Virus record (IMG/VR): IMGVR_UViG_3300017605_001488
Location: 1 to 64,000 of that record
Direction: 5' to 3' (one strand)
Source: a virus
DNA: 64,000 nt
Both the position numbers and the translations under genes were made by a program. Each line of letters starts with the position of its first letter. The first letter of the stretch is position 1. Shown one piece after another: positions 9,709 through 19,190 of this stretch. The notes below the pieces were generated by a model. It was given only the letters and a program-made list of their open reading frames with translations. It was not told where the DNA came from and did no database searches.

Positions 9709-10144
9709 GTTGATTCTCCCACCCGACGAGGCGTTCGATAGCCTTGGCCGCGTCGTGGCTGTTTTCTGCGAGCGCGTCGACCGCGTGCACAGCGCGCACC
9801 CGCTGCCAACGCTCCCTGCGGTCCTTCGCCTTGCGCGCCCATTCACAAGCTAGCAACACCCACTCGACTCGGACGATGTCGATCGTCGGGTGCTCGTCGT
9901 CGATGAACAGCCGCCGCCCATCTGTCGGCCACAACAACCCACGCACCAAGGTCCTGGCCCAACGCGCACGACCGTAGTACCGCGTGAGGTCTTCGAGGAT
10001 GGTGCGGTCGTGGCGCACGCCCCTCACAATGTCGTTGGCGATGTCACGTCCGGGTTGCCACGCGTGCACCCACAGCGCGCGCGGCAACGACAACCGGACG
10101 CGCTCGGCCCACGCACCGCGCTCGGGTAACCACGGTTCGCTCAT
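9659..10144 (-). CDS. Hypothetical Trp/Arg-rich protein
   Basis: Starts MSEPWLPE; ATGA overlap. Confidence 0.55.
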   Translation of the reverse strand: MSEPWLPERGAWAERVRLSLPRALWVHAWQPGRDIANDIVRGVRHDRTILEDLTRYYGRARWARTLVRGLLWPTDGRRLFIDDEHPTIDIVRVEWVLLACEWARKAKDRRERWQRVRAVHAVDALAENSHDAAKAIERLVGWENQHGDQTETKATDREGGA

Positions 10145-10683
10145 AGACCCATTGTGAGCCGGTCGGCGGTGGTGATTCCAACCATCCGCACCGCGGCGCC
10201 GTATGCGTCGATGCGACGCAGCAACTCCGGACCGTCGCCGGCCTTCGCCACCCACGCGCATGCGCGCGCGAAGCACAGCACGCTCATGTCGTCGGTGACA
10301 CACAACGGTCGACGCACCTGGGCAATCTCGCCGCTGAGGATGTCGACGCCGTCGGTGACATCGGCCACCATCACGAACAACCGGTTGTAGAACATCACCA
10401 CCCAATCGGGTGCCCGCGCGCGCAACGTGTCCGCGGTGAGCCCGTGGGGGCTCACACCGGCAGCGACCGCACCACGGATGACAGCCAACGTGCCGAGCGG
10501 TTCCTGGTTCCAACCGCGCCCGTTGCATACGGTGCAGAACAACGAATCCTCGCGCGGCCTGCACTCGGTGCCGAGGACGCCAGTCGCGTTGCACTTGTCG
10601 CACGGCTTGCGTTCCCAATCGGGAACGCCACCCTGGTTGAGCAATTCCGTACGCCCGTGTCGATCGGATCGTCGTCGGGTCAT
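10141..10683 (-). CDS. Zinc-ribbon protein (PxW family)
   Basis: CDKCNATG/CTVCNGRG, then APDW...AYGAAVRMVG. Confidence 0.6.
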   Translation of the reverse strand: MTRRRSDRHGRTELLNQGGVPDWERKPCDKCNATGVLGTECRPREDSLFCTVCNGRGWNQEPLGTLAVIRGAVAAGVSPHGLTADTLRARAPDWVVMFYNRLFVMVADVTDGVDILSGEIAQVRRPLCVTDDMSVLCFARACAWVAKAGDGPELLRRIDAYGAAVRMVGITTADRLTMGL

Positions 10684-11219
10684 GCTGGCACCGGCAACGG
10701 CGGCAATATCATCCCGACCGGTCGCGACCGAAACGGCGGCATGGCCCACGGTCGCCCAACTGCGAACCCGACGGACTTGCGCAGCTCGATGACGCGGTGG
10801 CGTGCGATGCCCGCGAGCCAATCGGCGAGCTCATTGCCTGGATTGCCGTTGTGCCCCTTCACGTGCTCGAGGCGCACCGTGTCCTTGTGCATCTCGTACA
10901 CGCCCTGGATCTCTCGCACGAGGTCGACATTCTTCTTGATGTTGTACTCGCCGCGCGCGCACCCGATGGCGTACGCGCTGTCGCTGTACAGGACCGCCGG
11001 CGTGTCGCACCCGGCCGCGTGTTCGTGCGCGACCCATCGAATCAGGTACAACGCGCGACGGATGGCCCACAGCTCCGCCACGTTGTTCGTGCCCGGGCAA
11101 ATGTACGCGCTCGACTCGCACAGGATGCGCCCAGACGCGTCGGCCACGACCACGCCGATGCACGCCGGCGAATCCGCGTGATGCGTCCCCGACCCGTCCG
11201 CGAACGCCTGCAACATCAC
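10680..11219 (-). CDS. rnhA: Ribonuclease HI
   Basis: FADGS, GTNNVAEL, YSDSAY, HVKGH-x4-GNELADWLA. Confidence 0.93.
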   Translation of the reverse strand: MMLQAFADGSGTHHADSPACIGVVVADASGRILCESSAYICPGTNNVAELWAIRRALYLIRWVAHEHAAGCDTPAVLYSDSAYAIGCARGEYNIKKNVDLVREIQGVYEMHKDTVRLEHVKGHNGNPGNELADWLAGIARHRVIELRKSVGFAVGRPWAMPPFRSRPVGMILPPLPVPA

Positions 11220-11689
11220 ACACCCATCCTTTCAAGCATCACGACCACCGCCGCACCCACCCGATCAGGGTCCCGATCGCACAGCGGCAGAATGGCAAGC
11301 ATCGCCGCACGAAACTCCTCGTCATTGACGGCGCGACGTAGCAGGTCGGGGACGCGGTACTTCGTGTCGATGACAGCACCTTCGACGATGAAGTGGAATT
11401 CGTACGCCCAACCAGGAACCCAGATCCCTTTATCGACGCGACTCGAGCCCCACGCCGGCCCCTTGTATCGGAGCGAGCCGTACTCGATCGGCACGCCCGC
11501 CTCCCTCATGTCGTATTCGTAGTGCCGCGCCATCGGAAGCAACCCACGATCGCGTTGCTTCTTGACGTACGATTCGACGGCGCACTTGTTCGTCTTCTGG
11601 TGCTTGGTCAACGATCGCTTTGACACGACCTCGCCGCACCGCGGGCATGCACGCCCATCGTCCTCGAACGTCTCATGCACTTCGGACAT
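11216..11689 (-). CDS. C2HC zinc-finger protein (PxW family)
   Basis: CPRC-x11-H-x5-C; VPGW...RRAVNDEEFRAAMLAIL. Confidence 0.65.
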   Translation of the reverse strand: MSEVHETFEDDGRACPRCGEVVSKRSLTKHQKTNKCAVESYVKKQRDRGLLPMARHYEYDMREAGVPIEYGSLRYKGPAWGSSRVDKGIWVPGWAYEFHFIVEGAVIDTKYRVPDLLRRAVNDEEFRAAMLAILPLCDRDPDRVGAAVVVMLERMGV

Positions 11690-12003
11690 CACGGCTCCTC
11701 GATCAGCTTGACGATGGCGGCGCGGATGACCGTCATGCCCGGCCCGCGTTCGTTGACGATGCGGACCGTCGTGCGCATCGCGTCTAGCCGCGCCTGCATC
11801 CCCGCCACCGTGCGCCCGCACCGCACCCAACCTTCGACCTTGTCGGCCATGTCCTTCGCGCCCCACCACTGCGCGAATGCCCGCGCCGCCATGACGATGC
11901 GATCCATCTCCGTGCCGACACGCGGTTGCGGCTCGCCGCCGTGGTCCGTGTTCGGCCAAATGTCAGTCCACCGGCTCACGGCTCTACGAATTGCGCGCCA
12001 CAT
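11689..12003 (-). CDS. Hypothetical protein
   Basis: 104 aa tiled ORF; start uncertain. Confidence 0.5.
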   Translation of the reverse strand: MWRAIRRAVSRWTDIWPNTDHGGEPQPRVGTEMDRIVMAARAFAQWWGAKDMADKVEGWVRCGRTVAGMQARLDAMRTTVRIVNERGPGMTVIRAAIVKLIEEP

Positions 12004-12379
12004 GATCGAGTACCGCCCGTGCTCCGCGGATGTGCGTCCTCGACAGCTGCGCCAACGACATCAACGCGCCCGCACGCTCGACGGGGTCGCCCTGTCGACA
12101 CCATCGTAGGATCTGCTCGATGCTTCGCTCGAGCTCGTCTTTCCCCTCACGCCCGTCGAACGTTCTGGACTCCACGGGCAACACGAGCGCGAGGTGCCGC
12201 ACGAGCGGATGTAACCAATCCGGCGCGTTGTGCTCCGATGCGGCCTGCGCCACCGGCGTCGTCGGGCGGTCCGAACAGAACGCGCGCCCCTCGGCGGCAC
12301 AACGACACGGCGTGCGAAACCGCATGATGATGTGTCGGGCGACATCCTCGCGTATGCTTTTCGCCAGGGGCATCGACAC
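11984..12379 (-). CDS. Hypothetical protein (PxW family)
   Basis: APDW...RWCRQGDPVERAGALMSLAQL; directly downstream of promoter copy 2. Confidence 0.6.
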   Translation of the reverse strand: MSMPLAKSIREDVARHIIMRFRTPCRCAAEGRAFCSDRPTTPVAQAASEHNAPDWLHPLVRHLALVLPVESRTFDGREGKDELERSIEQILRWCRQGDPVERAGALMSLAQLSRTHIRGARAVLDHVARNS

Positions 12380-12380
12380 A

Positions 12381-12414
12381 CCCTACGCATGATTGCGTTG
12401 ATTGCAACTATTGC
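12381..12414 (-). promoter_or_regulatory. Conserved phage promoter/operator motif, copy 2
   Basis: Minus strand GCAATAGTTGCAATCAACGCAATCATGCGTAGGG. Confidence 0.75.
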
Positions 12415-12416
12415 GG

Positions 12417-12965
12417 CTAGTGAATCGAGTGCCGCCCGGCGACGAAGTGCTTGACGGTGTTGTCGAGCACCTGCTGCCACGTGCTCGCGAAGTCGCTGTC
12501 GGGCGGCATGCCGACACGCATCATGTGCGTGATGGCGAGGTCGAGGATGTGCGCCGCGGTCGTGTCGTCGATGCCGGTGACCTGGTGCGCGAGGTCCAAC
12601 GGCGTGAGGAACTTGTGCGTGGCGTCGGGCGACAGCGACGGCGGCCCGTCGGTCGGGTCGACGGCCGCGAACATGAATTCGTGCGACGCATTGGGGAACC
12701 GGAGGAACGGCGCCTTGGTGTTCGGGATCGTCCGCAGGTGGTACACGCCGCAGGACCACCACTCCCAGAACGCGTGAGCCCCCGGACAGCACACCATCCA
12801 CGCGCCGAGCCCGGCATCGTGTTCGGGGTACCGCCGTTTGCCGACCGGCGCGAGCGGGATGCGGTGCGCACACCACATGCGCGTCGTGCCGTCGGTCATC
12901 CGCACCGCCGGGCCAATCATCGACGCATCGGGCGTGTGCCCGCACTTCGTGGGACTAGGTGCCAT
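12417..12965 (-). CDS. Hypothetical protein
   Basis: Starts MAPSPTKC; GAAGGAGG RBS. Confidence 0.65.
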   Translation of the reverse strand: MAPSPTKCGHTPDASMIGPAVRMTDGTTRMWCAHRIPLAPVGKRRYPEHDAGLGAWMVCCPGAHAFWEWWSCGVYHLRTIPNTKAPFLRFPNASHEFMFAAVDPTDGPPSLSPDATHKFLTPLDLAHQVTGIDDTTAAHILDLAITHMMRVGMPPDSDFASTWQQVLDNTVKHFVAGRHSIH

Positions 12966-13410
12966 AGTTCGGTCCTCCTTCGATACGATGCGATGGAATG
13001 CCGACCGCGGCGAGCACGTCGAGCCCCTTCGTGATTCGATACGGTTGGTCGTAGTACACGGCCTCAACGCCGCCGAGTTGGATGATGCGCTTGGCGCACG
13101 CGACGCACGGGAGGTGCGTGGCGAAGAACACCTTGGGGGTCGCGCGTGCTTCACGGCACGCGATGACGGCGTTCTCCTCCGCGTGGATGCACCCGCACGC
13201 ACCGGGCTCGGTGGTGTCGCATCCGTTCGGCAGCCCGGCCGCATTGCCATTGTACCCGACGGCGAGGACCTGCCGGAAGTCCGCCGACACGACCGCGGCA
13301 CCACACCGCATGATGAGCCCGACCGAGTTGGTGCGGGCACACGTCGCGCGCGTCGACATGAGCCACGCGAGCTGCATGTAGATCGTTTGGAAGCTCGGGC
13401 GGTCACTCAT
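12955..13410 (-). CDS. dCMP deaminase (ComEB-like)
   Basis: RATC, GYNG, HAEENA and PCVAC zinc-deaminase motifs. Confidence 0.92.
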   Translation of the reverse strand: MSDRPSFQTIYMQLAWLMSTRATCARTNSVGLIMRCGAAVVSADFRQVLAVGYNGNAAGLPNGCDTTEPGACGCIHAEENAVIACREARATPKVFFATHLPCVACAKRIIQLGGVEAVYYDQPYRITKGLDVLAAVGIPSHRIEGGPNYGT

Positions 13411-13984
13411 CGGTTCCCCCTACGGTCAACAGCGGTCGTTTCATCATCCCGGCGAGCAACGCCGGTAGGTTCTTCTTCCCGAGGATGACATTGACCTTCT
13501 CGCGTGCGTCGCGAAACGCTTGCTCGATGGCCAACAACGCGTTCCACGCCTCGTCCGTGTACGGGATGATGTGATCGCCGCGCTCCCACACGTGGCGAAT
13601 GTCGGTGTTCTCCGCACGTGCTTTCTTCTGGTGCACGCCCTTCAAGTCCTCCGCGAAGCTGCGCTCGACGTGCGCCGGCCCACCGGGGTCGTCGAGCTTC
13701 GGCGCGCGTTCCATTCGACGCACGATGAGCGTGACCTCGACCCGGTGCAACTCGTGCTCGACGGCGCTGCTGTGCGAACAATCGCCCTCGCCGGCCATCT
13801 GCACCTCGATGTATCGCGCCCACTTGTACCCGGAACCGAGCCGCTTGAGCATGGCCAACGCCGCGACGTGGCATGCATCGGCGGTCGGCGCACGCACCTC
13901 GTTGTCGAAGTCGTATCGCGCGAAGAAGTCCTTGTTCTCGCGATGCATCGGCGGTCGGCGCATAGCGCCCGCGACGGGCTCCAC
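13403..13984 (-). CDS. Hypothetical protein
   Basis: 193 aa ORF; start uncertain. Confidence 0.6.
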   Translation of the reverse strand: MEPVAGAMRRPPMHRENKDFFARYDFDNEVRAPTADACHVAALAMLKRLGSGYKWARYIEVQMAGEGDCSHSSAVEHELHRVEVTLIVRRMERAPKLDDPGGPAHVERSFAEDLKGVHQKKARAENTDIRHVWERGDHIIPYTDEAWNALLAIEQAFRDAREKVNVILGKKNLPALLAGMMKRPLLTVGGTDE

Positions 13985-14011
13985 ACGGTCTCGACCTTGA
14001 ACGGCTTGAGT

Positions 14012-14581
14012 TTACGTCCCATCGTCCCACCCTTGCGCGCGCAACACCGAGGCGATGTCGGGCGGCAACCACCCCGCCGGCTTCACGGGCTTGGCCCACC
14101 CCTCCGTCGGCGAAGGACCTTTCGCCATGTTCGCACGATACACCGCCGCGTACACCGGGCCGGCGTCGACGCCGAACGTGATGAAGCACCCCTGGTTCAC
14201 GAACCCGATGTCGGCCATCGCGTCGATCGCCGCGGGCATGTCTACGTCGACGGGCGTGCGCTGGCACATGTCGACCACATCGCGCTCGACGGTCTTGAGC
14301 ACTTCGAGCTGTCCGTCGGCCCACCCGAACAACGCCGCAACGAGCTCGAATGCTTCCTCGATGGTGAGCTTCGCACGCAACCGCACCCATGCATCGGTCG
14401 GCACGCGCGGCGTCGCGCCGATGGGTTGCTCGAACCGGTCGTGGAACGCTTGCACCATTCCGTCGAGCTCCGATTGCCCGCGACGGGCGGCGCGTAGCTC
14501 CACGAGCTGCTTCGTGCACAACGATTGCAACGCGGTCACTTGGGCGCGCAGCCGCGCCACCTCATCGATGATTGCGTCCAT
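14012..14581 (-). CDS. MazG-like / PRA-PH-type nucleoside triphosphate pyrophosphohydrolase
   Basis: VxAFHxxF, EEAFEL, DAMAD, VYRANMAKG, KPVKPAGW-xPP. Confidence 0.85.
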   Translation of the reverse strand: MDAIIDEVARLRAQVTALQSLCTKQLVELRAARRGQSELDGMVQAFHDRFEQPIGATPRVPTDAWVRLRAKLTIEEAFELVAALFGWADGQLEVLKTVERDVVDMCQRTPVDVDMPAAIDAMADIGFVNQGCFITFGVDAGPVYAAVYRANMAKGPSPTEGWAKPVKPAGWLPPDIASVLRAQGWDDGT

Positions 14582-14765
14582 GGATCCTCGCTTGCCGCCG
14601 CCGCGTCACGAGCGGATCGGCCTTGTACTTCTTCGACAAGGGCTCGTCCGCCCCCACCCGGTTGTGAATGATGGCGTCCTCGTCCAACGCCTCGCGCACC
14701 GATTCGTAGAACGCCTCGTCACGCTTGATCGGCCTGTCCGCCTTCGCCCGCGCCCGTGCCGCCAT
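14562..14765 (-). CDS. Small basic hypothetical protein
   Basis: 67 aa; GGAGG RBS. Confidence 0.5.
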   Translation of the reverse strand: MAARARAKADRPIKRDEAFYESVREALDEDAIIHNRVGADEPLSKKYKADPLVTRRRQARIHGRNHR

Positions 14766-15006
14766 TCGGTTCCTCCGTAGGTGTCCGTATTGCGCGGAGG
14801 ACGACGACTTCGGTCTCCCGGTACAGCTTCAACCATTTGCCGGTCTTGTTGTCCTTGGTGATCTTGTTGTCGGCGCCGACGTGCACGAACGTCACGCCGT
14901 CCATCACCACAACCGGCGCATGCATGGTGCGGTCGTCGACGGCGAGGGCGTCGTCGATGCGCCCATCGCGGTACAGCAACCGCAGCGTGACCACGGTGGT
15001 GCTCAT
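14719..15006 (-). CDS. Hypothetical protein
   Basis: Starts MSTTVVTL; ATGA overlap. Confidence 0.55.
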   Translation of the reverse strand: MSTTVVTLRLLYRDGRIDDALAVDDRTMHAPVVVMDGVTFVHVGADNKITKDNKTGKWLKLYRETEVVVLRAIRTPTEEPNGGTGAGEGGQADQA

Positions 15007-15893
15007 TGACACGCTCGACATCCGGCACACACCGCCGCGAGCTCGGTGCCCTTGCCATCGGGAGCCGACGGGTCGTACGCGTGCAGGCCGTCACCGCAAC
15101 AATTCCCGACGGGCTGCACGAGGACGATTCCGGGCGCGTCGTCGACGGGCGGCGTCGGTTGCATGAACTGCCCAAGGACCTTCTGCCCATCGAGCAACGC
15201 CTCCAACCGCTTTCTGAATCCGGCCTTCTGCTGTGTGAGCTGTCGCGTCGCATGCAGGTGGCATCCGCGCACGCGCTTCCGCAACGCGACGACCATGTCG
15301 AGCAAGCAATCCTTGTCGGCGGTCTGGAACAAGTACGCGCGCTCGCGTGCGTCCATCACCGTCGGCACGCCATCGGCGTCGACCGGCACCTCGAACGAGA
15401 TGGGCTTGGACGGGTCGGATTCGTCCAACGCCGCCGCGACCTCCTCGCGCATCTTCTCGACCCACGTCTTGCTTGGCATCGGCAGCACCGTTGCGCAGAT
15501 CGTTTCGCGCGTGGCGTGGTCGACCTTGAGCACGAGCAACACCGATTCGCCGTTGACCTCGATGATGGCCTGCCGTTGTCCGTGGATGGTGAGCTCCTTG
15601 AGCACGACCGCACTTTCGGCGGCGGCCTCGAGTGCGGCACGCGCGGCGTCGACATCCATCGCGCGTTCGTATCGTTGGATGTACCGCTCGATGGCGTGCT
15701 GATGAAAAACGATTCTCACGGGGTGCCTCCTCAATCGCGGCGGTCGGCGGCCCACGCCCATCCGATGCGCCGACGTGAATGCTACGCCCCCACATCGGGG
15801 GCAAGACGGAGCCTTGCGCGCGAACGCCCACCTTTCCGCGGCGTGTTTGCACCCCGAACACGTGAGCCACAACACCCGCACGTACCGCGTCAC
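15003..15893 (-). CDS. Hypothetical protein (HAIERY motif; possible internal start at 15719)
   Basis: N-terminal CxxC...CxxC; strong GAGGAGG before GTG 15719. Confidence 0.55.
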   Translation of the reverse strand: MTRYVRVLWLTCSGCKHAAERWAFARKAPSCPRCGGVAFTSAHRMGVGRRPPRLRRHPVRIVFHQHAIERYIQRYERAMDVDAARAALEAAAESAVVLKELTIHGQRQAIIEVNGESVLLVLKVDHATRETICATVLPMPSKTWVEKMREEVAAALDESDPSKPISFEVPVDADGVPTVMDARERAYLFQTADKDCLLDMVVALRKRVRGCHLHATRQLTQQKAGFRKRLEALLDGQKVLGQFMQPTPPVDDAPGIVLVQPVGNCCGDGLHAYDPSAPDGKGTELAAVCAGCRACQ

Positions 15894-16474
15894 GGCACGC
15901 CGATGGGGCGGCGCTTCTCGACGAACAGCATCGGCTTGAGCGCTGCCGACAAGTACAGCGGATGCGCCGGCACCGCGAGCTTCACCTGGAACCCGCGGCG
16001 CATGTTGGGCGACGTGCGCCCGTTGAGGGAGACCGCATGCAGCGCCGTGTACGGCTCGAGCAGCGACACCACGTACCCATCACGACCAGCGAGCGGGCCG
16101 TTGCTGCCCCACGCGCACACGACGAGGTCGGACGAGTTCGCTGCCGCCACGATCCACCCGTCGTTCGACGGCCCCTTCGGGTCGTCGTGCAATCGCAGCA
16201 CCGCGGGGTTCGTCGCACGCAACGCAAACAGGTTGACCACGACGAGCTCGGCGTAGCCCCAATCCCGGGTATACCCGATGCACCGGCGCACCGTTGCGTC
16301 GTCGATGTTCGCGTCGGCGGTCGATGGGTTCAGCATCACCCAACACACGCGCCCTTGCCCCGAACGCCAATCACCCCGCGTGAGGAAGTACCGGTACACG
16401 CCGTCGGGCGTGATGTATGCGCCGCGTGGAAACGACGCCTCGATGCGCGCGATGTCGGTCAACACACCGTTCAC
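15890..16474 (-). CDS. DUF1643 family protein
   Basis: YRYxLxR, VMLNPSTAD, DDATVRRC, VNLFALRATNP, VCAWG, HPLY. Confidence 0.9.
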   Translation of the reverse strand: MNGVLTDIARIEASFPRGAYITPDGVYRYFLTRGDWRSGQGRVCWVMLNPSTADANIDDATVRRCIGYTRDWGYAELVVVNLFALRATNPAVLRLHDDPKGPSNDGWIVAAANSSDLVVCAWGSNGPLAGRDGYVVSLLEPYTALHAVSLNGRTSPNMRRGFQVKLAVPAHPLYLSAALKPMLFVEKRRPIGVP

Positions 16475-16668
16475 GTCCCCTTTGAGACCGTCGGCGCGAT
16501 GCCGGTTCCCCCACACTTGGGGCACACGACGAGCCGCGCATCATTCGACGCACCCGCACGGCGTCGACCGGACCGGCGTTCGGGGAGGAACAACACCTCC
16601 CCGTCGCCGGAACACGTCGAGCACTTGCGGCGCTTGTGCTGAAAGTCGACGTAGATGACGCGACCCAT
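16471..16668 (-). CDS. Small CxxCxGxG zinc-finger protein
   Basis: CSTCSGDG and CPKCGGTG. Confidence 0.6.
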   Translation of the reverse strand: MGRVIYVDFQHKRRKCSTCSGDGEVLFLPERRSGRRRAGASNDARLVVCPKCGGTGIAPTVSKGT

Positions 16669-16686
16669 GGCGTTCAGCGTACCCCC

Positions 16687-17445
16687 TCACCAGGGCTTGC
16701 GCGATGCCGTGTGCTCGTTGAAGTGCGCCGTGACGACGCGCCCCATCCCCTCGAACTCCTCGGTGAACGCGTAGATACCCTCGCTCGTCAGGATGGGGAT
16801 GGACACCTTCGACTCGATGTCGCGCCGAGCACACGGCGGCGGCAAGTAGATCAGCACCGATGCATGCGGCGGCGAGCTCCCCTCCTCGAACCCGTCGCCC
16901 ACATCGCGGTAGTATGCGATGCGCGACGCGGGAACACAGAACGGGAAATCGATGGGCGTGCGCCCGGTGCATTCGTTCTGCGCGACTTGCAGGATCTCCA
17001 GGCTGAACCCGACGAAGAACGCCGACGGCACCCGCAACGACTCCCACTCCGCGAGCAACTTCTGCCACCACCGTTTCTGCGACGACATCACGTCCTCGTG
17101 CACATGCCGGCACGGGACCCAATCGCCGCCCGGAGATTGCACGCACGACCACTCGCCCTTCGACGGCAGCGTGCGGTGCTCCTTTTTCACCGGACCGACG
17201 GTGATGCCTTGGTTGTCGCACTTGCCGCCGGGCGGGTTGAGGAACGTCCGCCCCGACCACGGCGTGAGGTACCCGTTGGTGGCCGCGGTGTGGAACGCCT
17301 CCGCGCGAACGATGTGCGCGTTGGCGCGTTCCGTCGTTGCCGGGTCGAGGTCGAAACCCCCGAGCACCGACCGCGCACGGTTGACCACGTCGGGCGGCGT
17401 GAAGTGCTCGGCGGACTCGCTGGAGTGGCGCACGTTGTCGGTCAT
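16687..17445 (-). CDS. Phage Dam-like DNA N6-adenine methyltransferase (NPPG variant)
   Basis: EHFTPP, FDLDPA, WSGRTFLNPPG, RIAY, PPHAS. Confidence 0.75.
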   Translation of the reverse strand: MTDNVRHSSESAEHFTPPDVVNRARSVLGGFDLDPATTERANAHIVRAEAFHTAATNGYLTPWSGRTFLNPPGGKCDNQGITVGPVKKEHRTLPSKGEWSCVQSPGGDWVPCRHVHEDVMSSQKRWWQKLLAEWESLRVPSAFFVGFSLEILQVAQNECTGRTPIDFPFCVPASRIAYYRDVGDGFEEGSSPPHASVLIYLPPPCARRDIESKVSIPILTSEGIYAFTEEFEGMGRVVTAHFNEHTASRKPW

Positions 17446-18035
17446 TGGTTCCCTCGTGTCAGGCCATGCTTCGACGGTTCCAACACCGCCGGCCGTGGTC
17501 GGGTATCGACCGGGGGGAACCCTTGCGCCGCGCGAGACTCATTCACGGTGATGGGCAATCGCCGATCGTCCACCAACTCAGCCGGGATACGTTGCACGTC
17601 CGGATGCCCCCACAAGTACTCCTGCCGGATGTGGTCGATGACGTGGCGCGCGTCGGTCAACGCCGACCCCACATCGATCGATACGGCCTGCACGATCGAT
17701 CGGGTGTGGTTCCGATGTCGCAAGCAATCCGCGTGGTCCTCGATGCGCCGCGAGCGGTCCAGCTGCTCGAACACCGTGTCGATGAATGCGTCGCCCGAGT
17801 TGCCGCCGCGCGCGTGCCGGATGCCCGTGCTACGCAACGTCGGACAATCCTCCCGACCGCAATCGATGCATCGAATCACGACCGGAGGCACCACGGCGGT
17901 GCGGTACGTCTCGAGGACGGGCGCGGGTCGGCGTCGTCGCGCGAGCCACCGGCGCACCCGTCGGATGCCCCACCGTCCGAGCTCGAGCACGAACGCCGCG
18001 ATCGGAATCGCCCACAGCAGGGAGTAGATGCTCAT
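17442..18035 (-). CDS. Membrane-anchored hypothetical protein
   Basis: N-terminal hydrophobic helix followed by an Arg-rich stretch. Confidence 0.55.
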   Translation of the reverse strand: MSIYSLLWAIPIAAFVLELGRWGIRRVRRWLARRRRPAPVLETYRTAVVPPVVIRCIDCGREDCPTLRSTGIRHARGGNSGDAFIDTVFEQLDRSRRIEDHADCLRHRNHTRSIVQAVSIDVGSALTDARHVIDHIRQEYLWGHPDVQRIPAELVDDRRLPITVNESRAAQGFPPVDTRPRPAVLEPSKHGLTRGNQ

Positions 18036-18559
18036 CCGACCTCCGCAAGCACCGCCCGTGCGCGTGCACGCGTGCGCGAGATGCGGGACTTGAGCGTGCC
18101 CACCTGCACGCCCATCGACGCGCTCATCTCCTCGAGCGACTGCGTCGCCGCCGCGACGAGCAGCGCGTGCTGCGCATCGCCCAACACCTTGAGCGCGCGC
18201 ACGCGACGGGAGCGCTCGACGCCGTCGACTAGGACGCGTTCGGCGTTCGGGCGGTCATCACCGACCCGCGTGCCGTCCGCACCGCGATCGATGATGCGTT
18301 CGTGCCGGACGCCGCTGCGGAACTCCATGCGCACCGCGTTGAGCACCACCCGGTACAACCACGTGTCGAGCTTGGACCGCCCCTCGAACGCGACCCCGCC
18401 GTTGCGACGGGCATGGCGGACCACGGCCAACATCACATCCTGCGTCACGTCGTCGACGCTGTGGGCACCGAACTGCCCCGCGAGCGTGCGCACCCGGGGG
18501 TACATCGCCTGCGTCAACTTCGCGATCGATGCCCCGGCCAACGGATCCATGTTCGTCAT
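18032..18559 (-). CDS. ECF-type RNA polymerase sigma factor
   Basis: DDVTQDV, FEGRSKLDTWLYRVVLN (region 2); EEMSASMGVQVGTLKSRISRTR (region 4). Confidence 0.9.
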   Translation of the reverse strand: MTNMDPLAGASIAKLTQAMYPRVRTLAGQFGAHSVDDVTQDVMLAVVRHARRNGGVAFEGRSKLDTWLYRVVLNAVRMEFRSGVRHERIIDRGADGTRVGDDRPNAERVLVDGVERSRRVRALKVLGDAQHALLVAAATQSLEEMSASMGVQVGTLKSRISRTRARARAVLAEVG

Positions 18560-18560
18560 T

Positions 18561-19190
18561 CTATCCCAGCGCCTCCATGTGGGCACCCTTGCGCGGGTTG
18601 GGTTCGTACTCGAGCTCGATGTTGCGGAACGTTTCGTCCAGCCACCGCGCCATCCGCGACGCGGTCGCCTGCAAGCCCGACCGCTGGGATAGACCGTTCC
18701 AATGTGCGCCGTCGATCTTCCACGTGTGTGCGAGCGTGTACGGCATCGCAGCAAGCTCGTGGACGTGCATGCCGGACAGCTCCGGCAGCATCAACCGGAA
18801 CATCGCCGTGAGCGCTTCGCGCCACTCGACACGGCGGCGGTCGCGCGCGAACAACGGCCACAGCTTCCGCTGCCGCGCGGTGCGAATGGTCGGCAGCATG
18901 TGCGTGCCGTGTTCCAACGCGACCCACAACGCGAACACCCACGCCTCGGCATACCACTCCCATCCGCCCTGCTCCACGTGCAGGCTATTCGACCGACGGG
19001 CGAACACGGCCTTGTACACGTACGGCTTCCCGAACGCGCGCATGTCCCGCGCCGCGTTCCCCGACACCAACAACACGTCGTCGCGCCCGGTGCGTGCATG
19101 CGCGTAGGTGCCGGCCGCCATCTCCACATCCTCCCGCATCGCGCGTGCGATGCCCTTGTGCTCGAGTTGCCAGGCGCGACTTCGCGTCAC
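18561..19190 (-). CDS. Hypothetical protein (PxW family)
   Basis: GTGA overlap; AEAW...EWREALTAMFRL. Confidence 0.6.
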   Translation of the reverse strand: MTRSRAWQLEHKGIARAMREDVEMAAGTYAHARTGRDDVLLVSGNAARDMRAFGKPYVYKAVFARRSNSLHVEQGGWEWYAEAWVFALWVALEHGTHMLPTIRTARQRKLWPLFARDRRRVEWREALTAMFRLMLPELSGMHVHELAAMPYTLAHTWKIDGAHWNGLSQRSGLQATASRMARWLDETFRNIELEYEPNPRKGAHMEALG

